Assembly (NCBI GenBank): GCA_013178165.1
Contig: JABLXG010000007.1
Location: 7,168-71,167 of the forward strand
DNA: 64,000 nt
Source of the DNA: Anaerolineae bacterium
Lineage (GTDB): Bacteria; Chloroflexota; Anaerolineae; Aggregatilineales; Ch27
Direction of reading: 5' to 3'
Part shown: piece by piece, positions 44,429-54,548 of the stretch
How positions within the stretch are numbered: the first letter of the stretch is position 1
Layout: each line of letters opens with the position of its first letter
Program-made: the position numbers and the translations under genes
Notes under the pieces: generated by a model
The model's database searches: none
What the model was told of the DNA's origin: nothing
What the model saw: the letters and a program-made list of their open reading frames with translations, nothing else

Positions 44429-45727
44429 GTGGCGGTGACAGACTCCCGGCCCCAATCACTGACCCTGTCAGCCCAGCAGCAGGAGGCACGCGGCATTTTC
44501 GGCTTTATCCGCACGCTTGGCACGATTAGCGAACGCCTTTTCCGTCGATCCTACCAGGAGCAAAGCGGGGCCGCCCTGACTCCCGCGGCTTCCCCGCCTG
44601 AACTCGGCAATCAGCTTCACCGCCGTGAAAGTCAGATCGAGCACCTGACGGCGGTCCTGGAGAATCTGGGCGAAGGCGTGATCATGCAGGATTCTGACGG
44701 CCGTATCCTGCTGATGAACAGAGCCGCCTACCAGATGCTCGGTAGCCAGAAAGCCTTCTGGGAAGGGCCGCTGGCCCGTCTGCACCAGCAGGCACAGAAT
44801 GTCTCCGGGATATCCGCCGAGCTGGAGCCGCTGGGAGCGCCTATCCGCGCCGAGATCAACAACCGCGTCCTGGGCGCCCAGGTTGCTGCTGTCGCCGACA
44901 GCAGCGGTCAGATCATCGGCACGGTCATCGTCCTGCGTGATGTCACCCATGAAGTGCTGGCAGAGCGTCTCAAGGATGATTTCATCACCCAGATTTCCCA
45001 CGAACTGCGCACGCCGCTGACCGCCATCAAAGGCATGAGCGATATCCTGCTCAGCCAGCCAGCCGATCGCCCCCCCAACCGCCGCTTTCTGGAAACCATC
45101 AGCCGCAACGTTGACGTGCTGGATCGGATGATCGTCGAGTTGCTGGACATTTCTGAGATCAGCGCCGGGACGTTCGCCGTCCGCCACGATGAGCTGGCTC
45201 TCGATGAAGTGATCTGGAGTGTCATTCGCGGTCTGCAACCGCGCTGGGAACGCGCCCGCCTGGAAATCCATGTCCAGAGTGTCCGCCCTGCGCAAGCTCG
45301 CATCCTGGGGGATAACCGGCGGCTGCGCTGGGCGCTGGGGCATATCCTGGAAAACAGCATCAACTACACGCTGCCTGGTGGGCGCATCATCGTCCGCTTC
45401 GGCGAGCTTCGCCAGGGGCGCATCCTGATCCAGGTTGAAGACACCGGTGTGGGCATCCGCGAGACAGACCTGCCGCACGTCTGCGAACGCTTCTACCGGG
45501 GTGAGGCTCGCACCCCCGACAATCGCCTGATCGACCCGCGTGGCCTGGGGCAGGGCCTGTACATTGCCCGCGCCGTGGCCGAAGCCCATGGCGGCTACCT
45601 GAGTCTGGAAAGCAAAGTCGGGGTGGGTACCCGGGTGACCCTGGCGCTCCCCACCGCCCTGGAGCCGCCACCCGACCCGGAAGCAACCGTCCGGCATCAG
45701 CCGTTGGCCCTGCCACCGGAACCCTGA
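44429..45727 (+). CDS. Soluble sensor histidine kinase (PAS, HisKA, HATPase_c)
   Basis: PAS-like region EGVIMQDSDGRILLMNRAAYQMLG. H-box ISHELRTPLTAIKGM. N box LGHILENSINYT. G boxes VEDTGVGI and GLGQGLYIARAVAEAHGG. No TM segment. The start is GTG at 44429 or 44435. Confidence 0.9.
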   Translation: MAVTDSRPQSLTLSAQQQEARGIFGFIRTLGTISERLFRRSYQEQSGAALTPAASPPELGNQLHRRESQIEHLTAVLENLGEGVIMQDSDGRILLMNRAAYQMLGSQKAFWEGPLARLHQQAQNVSGISAELEPLGAPIRAEINNRVLGAQVAAVADSSGQIIGTVIVLRDVTHEVLAERLKDDFITQISHELRTPLTAIKGMSDILLSQPADRPPNRRFLETISRNVDVLDRMIVELLDISEISAGTFAVRHDELALDEVIWSVIRGLQPRWERARLEIHVQSVRPAQARILGDNRRLRWALGHILENSINYTLPGGRIIVRFGELRQGRILIQVEDTGVGIRETDLPHVCERFYRGEARTPDNRLIDPRGLGQGLYIARAVAEAHGGYLSLESKVGVGTRVTLALPTALEPPPDPEATVRHQPLALPPEP

Positions 45728-45786
45728 GCGCACCTTCCGGGGCCTGCACATTCGAATGGTGAATACCAGTGTGAAGGGAGAGTGCG

Positions 45787-47595
45787 GTGAAACCGATCGG
45801 CGCGTTTACATTTGTTCTGCACAGCCATATGCCCTATGCGCGGCTGGCCGGGCGCTGGCCGCATGGCGAAGAGTGGGTACACGAAGCGATCTGCGAAACC
45901 TATATCCCTCTGCTCAACGCCCTGTATGACCTCGCCGAAGAGGGTGTCCTGTACCGCCTGACCATCGGCATCACCCCCATCCTGGCCGAACAACTCGCCG
46001 ACCCCGACATCATCGATCATTTTGACGCCTTCATGGAAGAGAAGATTTCTGCTGCGCGGGCCGACATTCCGCGCTTCAGGGGGCAGGCGGCCCCGCCCGC
46101 GGTGGTCAACCCGACCGCCGCGACTGCTGCCCGGCTGGGACTGGAGGAAGAGGAACGCCGCGCTGAAGTCGTCCCCACCAGCGAGGCCAATCCCCACATG
46201 GCCTACCTGGCTGAGTGGTACCTGAGCTGGTTTGAGCTGATCAAGCGCAGCTTTGACGCCCGTTTCGGGCGCGATCTGATCGGGGCTTTCCGCCGCCTGC
46301 AGGATCAGGGCTACATCGAGATTCTGACCTGCGCCGCTACCCACGGTTACCTGCCACTGCTGGGTACGGACTCGGCCATCTACGGCCAGCTACGCGCCGG
46401 GATTGCCAGCTACGAGCGCCACTTCGGTCGCCGCCCTACCGGCATCTGGCTGCCGGAATGCGCCTATCGCCCCGCCTACTACACTGAGGACGGCCGCCTG
46501 CGCCCCGGCATTGAGCGCTTCCTGGCCGAGCAGGGCATCAAGGTATTCTTTGTGGAAACCCATACCATCACCGGCGGGCAGCCTGTAGGCGTGGCAGCAG
46601 GTGAGGTCATCGGGCCATACGGCGAGATCAAACGCCGCTATGTCATCCCCACCTCCACCGTGATGCCGGAGCGCTATGCCACCACGTTCAAGCCGTATTA
46701 TGTCAGCGATACCACCAGTGGCGCGTACGCCGACCAGCACTCCGGAGTGGCCGCCATCGGCCGTAATAACCGCACCGGCCAGCAGGTCTGGAGTGCGGAA
46801 TGGGGCTACCCCGGCGACCAAGATTACCGCGAGTTTCACCGCAAAGATCACATCAGCGGTCTGCAGTACTGGCGTGTCACTGGCCCGCGCGTTGACCTGG
46901 GTGGCAAAGATGCTTACCATCCCGACTGGGCGCAGTACAAGGTGCATCAGCACGCCGATCACTTCGCACACCTGGTGGAACAGGAATTACGCGCCTACGC
47001 CGACGGCTCTGGCGGCGACTTCGGGCTGATCGCCTCCAATTACGACACCGAACTGTTTGGTCACTGGTGGTTTGAAGGCGTGGACTGGATCCGGGAAGTA
47101 CTGCGCCGGCTGGCGGCCAATCCGCTGGTGGAGCTAACGACCGCCACCCGTTTCATCACCGAGCATCCCCCGGTAGAAGTCCTGCACCTGCCAGAAAGCA
47201 GCTGGGGCGCTGGCGGCAACCACTTCACCTGGGACAATAGCGAAACGCATTGGATGTGGCAGCCAATCCATGAAGCCGAACAGCGCATGGAGCGACTGGC
47301 CGCAGCCCATCCTAACCCTGACCCGGCGACTCGTGACGTGCTCAACCAGGCGGCCCGCGAGTTGTTACTGCTGGAAAGCTCCGACTGGCCGTTTCTGGTC
47401 ACCACCGGCCAGGCGGGCGGGTATGCCATCCAGCGCTTCAGCCAGCATGCCGAACGGTTCAACCGCCTGGCAGCAAGTCTGGAGTCAGGCCAGCCGGATG
47501 TCGCTGCTGCCGCGCAGTACTGGGAACTTGACCGGGTCTTCCCTGAGGCGGATTATCGCTGGTGGGCTTACCGCCCATCACCGGCGCACCCTTGA
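45787..47595 (+). CDS. GH57-family 1,4-alpha-glucan branching enzyme
   Basis: The N-terminus GAFTFVLHSHMPYARLAGRWPHGEEWVHEAICETYIPLL matches, from memory, the Thermococcus/Thermus GH57 branching enzymes. Also ATHGYLPLL, IWLPECAY, WGYPGDQDYREFHRK, TELFGHWWFEGVDW and SSWGAGG. GTG start with GGGAGAG upstream. Confidence 0.85.
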   Translation: MKPIGAFTFVLHSHMPYARLAGRWPHGEEWVHEAICETYIPLLNALYDLAEEGVLYRLTIGITPILAEQLADPDIIDHFDAFMEEKISAARADIPRFRGQAAPPAVVNPTAATAARLGLEEEERRAEVVPTSEANPHMAYLAEWYLSWFELIKRSFDARFGRDLIGAFRRLQDQGYIEILTCAATHGYLPLLGTDSAIYGQLRAGIASYERHFGRRPTGIWLPECAYRPAYYTEDGRLRPGIERFLAEQGIKVFFVETHTITGGQPVGVAAGEVIGPYGEIKRRYVIPTSTVMPERYATTFKPYYVSDTTSGAYADQHSGVAAIGRNNRTGQQVWSAEWGYPGDQDYREFHRKDHISGLQYWRVTGPRVDLGGKDAYHPDWAQYKVHQHADHFAHLVEQELRAYADGSGGDFGLIASNYDTELFGHWWFEGVDWIREVLRRLAANPLVELTTATRFITEHPPVEVLHLPESSWGAGGNHFTWDNSETHWMWQPIHEAEQRMERLAAAHPNPDPATRDVLNQAARELLLLESSDWPFLVTTGQAGGYAIQRFSQHAERFNRLAASLESGQPDVAAAAQYWELDRVFPEADYRWWAYRPSPAHP

Positions 47596-47651
47596 GCCAG
47601 GTGGCACTGACACGCCGGGCTGACATACGGACATAAGAGGGAGTCGCGCCT

Positions 47652-49109
47652 ATGAATGTACTGTTTGTCGCCGCAGAAGCAGCGCCCTTCGCCAAGACGG
47701 GCGGCCTGGGCGACGTTGTCGGCAGCCTGCCCCGGGTCCTGCGCCAGCAGGGAATCGACGCCCGCGTGATGATCCCGCAGTACGGCATCATTAACTGGGA
47801 ACGCTACAGGATTCAGCCGCTGTTCAGCTTCCAGTTGCCGCGTCGCACGGGCACGGCGGATGTTCATATCGCTTACACCGAGCACGAAGGAGTGCCGGTC
47901 TATTTCCTGGGCGGCTGGCCGTACTTCTCCGGCGGAGACTTCCTCTATACCACGGTCGAGTGGGACATCCCGCGCTACATCTTTTTCTCCCAGGCGGCGA
48001 TGGGAGCCGCCTGGGAACTGGGCAACCGGCTGAGCTGGTTCCCGGATGTGTTCCATGTCCACGACTGGCACACGGCCCTGATCCCGTTTCTCATCTATGA
48101 AAGCCGTTACCATGACCGCTGGGCCAGGACAGCCAGCCTGATCACCATCCACAACCTAGGCTACCAGGGGTGGAACGCCGGGGGCTACCTGTGGGATGCT
48201 GGCGTCCCGCCGCGCACTCATCCTGATCTGGTTTACCAGGACAAAACCGATAACCTGTTTGCCATCGGGCTGGCTTACGCGGACGAACTGACCACGGTCA
48301 GCCCGCGCTACGCTGAGGAAATCCAGTATGCGTCCTTCGGAGAAGGGCTGGAGAACCTGATCCGCGCCCGCAACCGCGACCTGTACGGTATTCTTAACGG
48401 CATCGACACCGAACAGTTCAACCCGGCCACCGATCCGCATCTGGTTCGCAACTACTCGGTAGATACGCTCGACCAGCGGATCGAAAACAAGCGCGCTCTG
48501 CAGCGCGATTCTGGGCTGGAAGTGCGCGACGATGTCATGCTGATCGGCCTGGTGTCCCGCCTGGTGGAGATGAAGGGAATCGACCTAGCAGTGCCAGCCA
48601 TGCGCCACCTGCTCACCACCGAGGATGTGCAGTTCGTGGCCCTGGGCACTGGCAAAGAATCGATTGAGAACAACGTCCGGCTGCTGGGCCATCACTTCCA
48701 TTGGAAAGCGCGGACGACCATCGGGTTTGATGCGCGGCTGGCGCAGCGTATCTACGCCGGTAGCGACCTGTTCCTGATGCCCAGCCGCTACGAACCCTGT
48801 GGCCTCGGGCAGATGATCGCCATGCGCTATGGCGCCCTGCCGCTGGTTCGGGAGACGGGTGGACTGGCCGACACCGTGGAGAACTACGACGACGGTGACG
48901 CTGAGCACGGCACTGGCTTCCGCTTCCTGTGGGAAACGCCGGACGCCCTGCTGGGCACGCTGCGTTGGGCGCTCTATACCTACCGCCATCGCCCGGCGGC
49001 CTGGCGGCGGATGCAGGAGCGGGCCATGCGCCGCGACTTTAGCTGGCAAAAAAGCGCCGAGTTGTATGTTCAACGCTATGAACGGGCGCTGCGGAAAAAA
49101 CGCACCTGA
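47652..49109 (+). CDS. glgA: Glycogen synthase (GT5, ADP-glucose type)
   Basis: [68 protein letters not shown]. Confidence 0.92.
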   Translation: MNVLFVAAEAAPFAKTGGLGDVVGSLPRVLRQQGIDARVMIPQYGIINWERYRIQPLFSFQLPRRTGTADVHIAYTEHEGVPVYFLGGWPYFSGGDFLYTTVEWDIPRYIFFSQAAMGAAWELGNRLSWFPDVFHVHDWHTALIPFLIYESRYHDRWARTASLITIHNLGYQGWNAGGYLWDAGVPPRTHPDLVYQDKTDNLFAIGLAYADELTTVSPRYAEEIQYASFGEGLENLIRARNRDLYGILNGIDTEQFNPATDPHLVRNYSVDTLDQRIENKRALQRDSGLEVRDDVMLIGLVSRLVEMKGIDLAVPAMRHLLTTEDVQFVALGTGKESIENNVRLLGHHFHWKARTTIGFDARLAQRIYAGSDLFLMPSRYEPCGLGQMIAMRYGALPLVRETGGLADTVENYDDGDAEHGTGFRFLWETPDALLGTLRWALYTYRHRPAAWRRMQERAMRRDFSWQKSAELYVQRYERALRKKRT

Positions 49110-49142
49110 TGGTCTGTTGGGAGTTCCGGAAGGAGAAAAACC

Positions 49143-50399
49143 GTGAAAGTCAAAGCCGTAATTCTTGCCGGTGGCGAAGGCACCCGCCTGAAGGTCCTGA
49201 CGATCAAACGGGCCAAACCTGCTGTCCCCTTTGCCGGGAAGTACCGCATGATTGACTTTCCGCTGAGTAATTGCGTCAATTCCGGCATCTTTGACGTTCT
49301 TGTGCTCACTCAGTACCGGCCCCACAGCCTTAACGACCACATTGCACGTGGTCGCCCTTGGGACCTGGATCGCTCCTTTTCCGGTGGTATCCAGCTACTC
49401 CAGCCCTACAAAGGGCATTATGACACGGACTGGTACAGCGGCACCGCCGATGCGGTCACCCAGAACCTGAACTTTGTGCGGCGCGGCCTACCCGACCAAG
49501 TTCTTATTCTCTCCGGCGATCATGTCTACCAGATGAACTACAACAGCCTGATCCGCTACCACAATGAGCGCAACGCGGATGTCACCGTCTGCACGATCAC
49601 GGTGCCGATTGACGAGGCCAGCCGCTATGGGATCGTTGACGTGGACGACGAATACCGTGTCAGGGCCTTTGTGGAAAAGCCTCCTGAGCCGCCAGGCAAC
49701 CTGGCCAATATGGGCGTTTACCTGTTCAACCGCGATGTGCTGGAGACCTACCTGAACGAAGATCGCGTCATGCCGGGATCGAAGCACGACTTCGGGCGGG
49801 ATATTCTGCCACGTATGGTCGCCACCAACCTGCGGGTCTACGCCTATCCTTTCGCCGGGTACTGGATCGATGTCGGGACAGTCGACGCTTACTGGTCGGC
49901 ACATATGGATCTGCTGGAAATGCCCCCCTCGCTGGACCTTAACGACCGCACCTGGGTGATCCACACCCGCAGCGAAGAGCGGCCGCCAGTGCACATCCAG
50001 GCCGGCGCTACCGTGATCGACAGCCTGATCACGGATGGCTCCTTTGTCGGCAATGGCGCGGTCGTGGAACGGAGCATCCTCTCGCCCGGTGTGTATGTCG
50101 GGCCGGGCGCAGTCATCCGCGAATCGATCGTCATGACCGACAGCTATATTGATGCCGGGGCGGTGGTCGAGCGTTGCATCCTGGACAAGTATGTCTTTGT
50201 GGGCAAGAACGCCCGAGTCGGCGAAAAGCGGGATGTCGGTGACCTGGGCCTGACCCTGATTGGTAAGAACAGTCGCCTGCCGGAAGGCTTCCAGATCGGC
50301 TACAGCTGTGTGCTGGGCACCGATCTTTCTGAGGAAGACTTGCTGCGCCACTACCCCGGCAAGCAGATTCCAGCCGGCACCGAACTGGTGGAAGACTAA
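49143..50399 (+). CDS. glgC: Glucose-1-phosphate adenylyltransferase
   Basis: [53 protein letters not shown] and EKP...ANMGVYLF, plus a C-terminal left-handed beta-helix region. GTG start. Confidence 0.92.
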   Translation: MKVKAVILAGGEGTRLKVLTIKRAKPAVPFAGKYRMIDFPLSNCVNSGIFDVLVLTQYRPHSLNDHIARGRPWDLDRSFSGGIQLLQPYKGHYDTDWYSGTADAVTQNLNFVRRGLPDQVLILSGDHVYQMNYNSLIRYHNERNADVTVCTITVPIDEASRYGIVDVDDEYRVRAFVEKPPEPPGNLANMGVYLFNRDVLETYLNEDRVMPGSKHDFGRDILPRMVATNLRVYAYPFAGYWIDVGTVDAYWSAHMDLLEMPPSLDLNDRTWVIHTRSEERPPVHIQAGATVIDSLITDGSFVGNGAVVERSILSPGVYVGPGAVIRESIVMTDSYIDAGAVVERCILDKYVFVGKNARVGEKRDVGDLGLTLIGKNSRLPEGFQIGYSCVLGTDLSEEDLLRHYPGKQIPAGTELVED

Positions 50400-50596
50400 A
50401 ACCAGGGCGCAACTCTTCCCTGCCTGAATCCGACTCCACAACAGACCTGCTTCAGCGGCGGCAGCCTTCACGCTACCGCCTTTGTGGTTGCCTGTCAGAC
50501 GGCAGCCCGTCCCAAAACCGGAGAACAACCGTCATTTATCGATTCCATCCGAAGGGGCATCCGCCCTCATTCGTCAAAGTTGACCAATACTGCCGC

Positions 50597-50625
50597 TTGA
50601 CCCTGACCTGTGGGCAGGCTATTCT
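50597..50625 (+). promoter_or_regulatory. Promoter candidate for glgP
   Basis: TTGACC (50597-50602), a 17-nt spacer, TATTCT (50620-50625), about 35 nt upstream of ATG 50662. Confidence 0.35.
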
Positions 50626-50661
50626 TGGCAAGCACTGTCTACTCGCCGAATGGAGCACTTC

Positions 50662-53229
50662 ATGATTCGACCTGTGGCGACCGTGGAAGTTACCCCCAAG
50701 CTCCCGGAGAAGTTGCAGGGTCTGCTTGAACTGGCCTACAACCTGCGCTGGAGCTGGGACCACGACACGATCAACCTATTCCGCCGGCTTGACCGCGAAC
50801 TCTGGGAGCAAACGGAGCATAATCCCGTCCGAATGCTTGGCACCATCCAGCAGAGCAAACTGGAAGCCGCCGCGGAAGATGACGCCTTCCTGGCTCATCT
50901 CAGCCGGGTTTGGGATGATTTTGAGCATTACATGACCACGAAGAACACGTGGTATCGCAAGCGTTTTGGCGACTTTGACAAGCCATACATCGCCTACTTC
51001 TCCACCGAATTTGGCCTGACCGAGTGCGTCCGCAACTATTCTGGCGGCCTGGGCGTCCTCAGCGGCGATCATCTCAAGAGTTCCAGCGACCTGGATGTCC
51101 CCCTGGTTGGTGTGGGTCTGCTGTATCAGGAAGGTTATTTTCAGCAGTATCTGAGCGCGGACGGCTACCAGCAGGAAGCTTACCCGATCAACGACTTCAG
51201 CAACCTGCCGGTGCGTCGTGTGCTGGACAAAAACGGTCAGCCGCTCAAAATCAGCGTGCCCATGCCGGGCCGCCAGATGTACGCCCAGATCTGGAAGGTG
51301 CAGGTAGGTCGCATTCAGCTCTATCTGCTCGATTCCAACCTGACGGAAAACATTGAGGAAGACCGCGATCTGACCGATCGCCTCTATGGTGGCGACCGGC
51401 GCACCCGCATTCGCCAGGAAATCCTGATGGGCATCGGCGGTTTACGCGCATTGGATGCGCTGGGCCTGCGCCCGCTGGTCTGCCACATGAACGAGGGGCA
51501 TTCCGCCTTTCTCTCCTTGGAACGCATCCTGCAGATGATCAAGGAGCGCGGCCTGTCCTTTGAGGAAGCGCTGTATATCACCAATGCGGGCAACATCTTC
51601 ACCACCCACACCCCTGTCTCTGCAGGGTTGGAACGCTTCGGCTTTGACCTGATCGACGAGCATTTCACGCCCCTGTTCCGCGAACTGGGGCTGAGCCGCG
51701 AGCAGTTCATCGATCTGGGGCGGGAGAACATGGGCGGTTATGAGTTGTTCTCAATGCCGGTACTCGCCCTCAGGACATCAGCGGCGGCTAACGCCGTCTC
51801 CCGTCTGCACGGTGAGGTTAGCCGCAAGATGTGGCAATGGATGTTCCCACGCCTGCCCGAAGCGGAAGTGCCCATTGGCGCCATCACCAATGGCGTCCAT
51901 GTCAAGACCTGGGTCAGCCAGGAGATGGCCGTGCTGCTGGACCGTTACCTCGGCCCGGCCTGGCGGGAAAACCCCGATGATCCTGACGTGTGGAAGAACA
52001 TCGATCTGATCCCGGATGCCGAGTTGTGGCGCAGCCACGAGCGCCGCCGCGAGCGCCTGGTGGCCTTCGCCCGCAAGCGTCTGCGTCAACAACTGATCCG
52101 GCGCGGTGTTTCCCAGGCGGAGATCATAGCCGCCGGGCAGGCCCTTAACCCGGACGCGCTGACGATCGGCTTTGCCAGGCGCTTCGCCACCTATAAGCGG
52201 GCTACCCTGCTCTTCCGTGATATTGACCGCCTGATCCACATCCTCAACGATCCGGAGCGCCCGGTGCAGGTGATCTTTGCCGGCAAGGCGCATCCGCACG
52301 ATATCGCCGGTAAAGAACTGATCAAGACTATCATCACCATGGCCCGTCGGCCAGAACTGCGCAACAAGATCGTCTTCCTGGAAAACTACGACATCACCAT
52401 CGCCCGCTATCTTATCCAGGGTGTCGACCTGTGGCTGAACACCCCGCGCCGTCCAAAGGAAGCCAGCGGGACTTCTGGCATGAAAGTGATCTACAATGGC
52501 GGCCTTAACGCCAGCATCCTGGACGGCTGGTGGGCGGAAGGGTATGACCTCTCGCTGGGCTGGGCCATCGGCAGCGGCGAGGAATACGCCGAAGCTGAAT
52601 GGGAGATGCAGGATCAGATCGAAAGCCAGGCGTTGTATAACCTGCTGGAACAGGATGTCATCCCTACTTTCTATACCCGCGGCCATGATGGCCTGCCAAC
52701 TGCCTGGATCGCTAAGATGAAGGCCTCCATGCGCCAGCTCAGCCCGATCTTCAATACCCATCGGATGCTGCGGGAGTACACCGAGAAATACTACGTCCCG
52801 GCTCGCGACCGCTACTTGCGCCTGACCGAAAGCGATCTGACCAACGGGCGCGACTACCTCCGCTGGTGGCAACGCATCAAGAGCAACTGGGATCGTGTCG
52901 CCATCAAGCGCGTGGAAATCCCCACCGACGAACTGAAAGTCAGCGAGGAAGTCACCGTTCGGGCCTGGGTGGACCTGGCTAACCTGACGCCGGGAGATGT
53001 CAGTGTCCAGCTCTACGCCGGGCGGCTGGATACCGAGGGCTTCATTCAGAACGGACAATCGGTTGAAATGCAGGTTGCCGACCGTCGTGATGACGGCACT
53101 TATGAATACGTGGTGACCACCCACTACACCGAAAGCGGGGCGCGCGGCATCTCCGTGCGGGTGATGCCCCACCACGAATACCTGGATGGTATCTACCAGA
53201 CCGGCATGGTGCACTGGGCGGTCGAGTAA
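50662..53229 (+). CDS. glgP: Alpha-glucan phosphorylase (GT35, maltodextrin/glycogen phosphorylase, alpha-glucan family type)
   Basis: YFSTEFGL, YSGGLGVLSGDHLKSSSDL and AGKAHPHD, with the PLP-lysine context PRRPKEASGTSGMKVIYNGGLN. GGAG lies 6 nt before ATG 50662, which is preferred over 50650. Confidence 0.9.
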   Translation: MIRPVATVEVTPKLPEKLQGLLELAYNLRWSWDHDTINLFRRLDRELWEQTEHNPVRMLGTIQQSKLEAAAEDDAFLAHLSRVWDDFEHYMTTKNTWYRKRFGDFDKPYIAYFSTEFGLTECVRNYSGGLGVLSGDHLKSSSDLDVPLVGVGLLYQEGYFQQYLSADGYQQEAYPINDFSNLPVRRVLDKNGQPLKISVPMPGRQMYAQIWKVQVGRIQLYLLDSNLTENIEEDRDLTDRLYGGDRRTRIRQEILMGIGGLRALDALGLRPLVCHMNEGHSAFLSLERILQMIKERGLSFEEALYITNAGNIFTTHTPVSAGLERFGFDLIDEHFTPLFRELGLSREQFIDLGRENMGGYELFSMPVLALRTSAAANAVSRLHGEVSRKMWQWMFPRLPEAEVPIGAITNGVHVKTWVSQEMAVLLDRYLGPAWRENPDDPDVWKNIDLIPDAELWRSHERRRERLVAFARKRLRQQLIRRGVSQAEIIAAGQALNPDALTIGFARRFATYKRATLLFRDIDRLIHILNDPERPVQVIFAGKAHPHDIAGKELIKTIITMARRPELRNKIVFLENYDITIARYLIQGVDLWLNTPRRPKEASGTSGMKVIYNGGLNASILDGWWAEGYDLSLGWAIGSGEEYAEAEWEMQDQIESQALYNLLEQDVIPTFYTRGHDGLPTAWIAKMKASMRQLSPIFNTHRMLREYTEKYYVPARDRYLRLTESDLTNGRDYLRWWQRIKSNWDRVAIKRVEIPTDELKVSEEVTVRAWVDLANLTPGDVSVQLYAGRLDTEGFIQNGQSVEMQVADRRDDGTYEYVVTTHYTESGARGISVRVMPHHEYLDGIYQTGMVHWAVE

Positions 53230-53252
53230 CCTAACCCTGCTTGCCAGATCAC

Positions 53253-53292
53253 AAAAGCCCCTGTCAAGATAGGCAAACAGGGGCTTTTGTTT
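53253..53292. terminator. Bidirectional rho-independent terminator between glgP and the ABC-2 operon
   Basis: Perfect 12-bp stem, AAAAGCCCCTGT (53253-53264) pairing with ACAGGGGCTTTT (53277-53288), and a 12-nt loop. There is an A-run before and a TTTTGTTT run after, so a U-tract exists on both strands. Confidence 0.8.
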
Positions 53293-53308
53293 GCGCGCCT
53301 GCGGCGGC

Positions 53309-54547
53309 TTAACGCTCGCGAACCAGCTGTGGAATGTCACGCCAGCGCGGCAGATGCCCGGACAGCAGCACCTGTACCCGGAAGAGTCGTCCGGCCAGCC
53401 AGATCGCCCCGAAACCAGCCAGAAGCAGCAGCGCCAGGCCAAGCAACAACTGCCAGAGCGGCACAGTGGTCACCATCAGGCGCATCACCATCCCCACCGG
53501 CGCCGTCACCGGGAACAGACTCAACACCACCGGCAGCACGGCATTGGGCGTTTCCGCAAAGATAGCCAGGAAGTAGTAGGGTAGCATCGCCGGCAGGGTG
53601 AATACCACCGCCATTTGCGGCCCTTCCCGCATGGACGGGGCGATGGCTCCAACAGCGGCATACGCCCCGGCAAACAGCAGGAAACCGCCAATGAAGTACA
53701 GTAGTACCCACACGAGCATCTCCGGCGCCACAGCCAGATCGGAAAGCGACGGTATGATCGCGCCCAGTTGCCTCAGACCATACACCGCAACAATCCCCCA
53801 GACCACGATCTGGATCAATCCCAGCAGGCCGGAAGCCAGCACTTTGCCCGCCAGCAACGGCAATGGCCGCACTGAGGAGAGGATGATCTCCATCATGCGG
53901 CTCTCCTTCTCATAGATCACGCTACTCATCAGGTACCCGCCGGAGAAGAAGATGGCGATCGCCAGCAGCAGGGCAAACACGTACACCAGCACAAAGGACG
54001 AATCCTCGCTGCGGGCTACCGCCGCCTCCCCACTGGCAGCGACCTGATGCTCCACAATCACAATGTCAGAGCGCAGCCGCAGCGCCAGATCGCGATCCAC
54101 GCCCTGCAGCAGCCGGTCCATCAGGAAAGCCTGAAAGAAGCTATCCCCCTGCATGCTGTTGATGCTCACCGAACGGATATAGCGCGTCACGTTGCCCGTA
54201 TCCAGATAGTCAGCAGCGATCACATATACGGAATCGACCTCGCCGGCGCGCATCGCGTCCAGAGCCGAGTCCTCATCGGGGTAACGGATCAGCATTGAAC
54301 CGAAAAGGCCGGGACTCTCGAACAGGCCGCTGTGATCCACATAGCCTAACTTCCCGGTGAAAGTCTCCTCCGTCTGCGCTTCCCCTCCGCTCTCCCGCTC
54401 ACGGCTGGCCTGATAGTTCAGAAAAGCCTGTACACCCAGCAACCCCACCACCACCAGCACCGGCAAGATAAACGTCGTGAACAGGTAAGCCCGCCGCCGG
54501 AACTGATGCACAAACTCAAACTGGAAGACTTCCCACAAGTGGCGCAT
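53309..54547 (-). CDS. ABC-2 type transporter permease (NatB-like), paralog 2
   Basis: N-terminal TM helix, a large extracytoplasmic loop of about 150 aa, then five TM helices (ESRMMEIILSSVRPLPLLAGKVL). It is a clear paralog of the upstream permease. The ATG lies 1 nt after the upstream stop. Confidence 0.8.
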   Translation of the reverse strand: MRHLWEVFQFEFVHQFRRRAYLFTTFILPVLVVVGLLGVQAFLNYQASRERESGGEAQTEETFTGKLGYVDHSGLFESPGLFGSMLIRYPDEDSALDAMRAGEVDSVYVIAADYLDTGNVTRYIRSVSINSMQGDSFFQAFLMDRLLQGVDRDLALRLRSDIVIVEHQVAASGEAAVARSEDSSFVLVYVFALLLAIAIFFSGGYLMSSVIYEKESRMMEIILSSVRPLPLLAGKVLASGLLGLIQIVVWGIVAVYGLRQLGAIIPSLSDLAVAPEMLVWVLLYFIGGFLLFAGAYAAVGAIAPSMREGPQMAVVFTLPAMLPYYFLAIFAETPNAVLPVVLSLFPVTAPVGMVMRLMVTTVPLWQLLLGLALLLLAGFGAIWLAGRLFRVQVLLSGHLPRWRDIPQLVRER

Positions 54548-54548
54548 T

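Noticed and set aside
44468-45751. 427-aa ORF antisense to the histidine kinase
   Set aside because: No motifs. The plus strand has the H, N and G boxes in the correct order.
49488-53442. 346-aa and 554-aa ORFs antisense to glgC and glgP
   Set aside because: These are high-GC antisense artefacts. The plus-strand products carry diagnostic GlgC and phosphorylase motifs.
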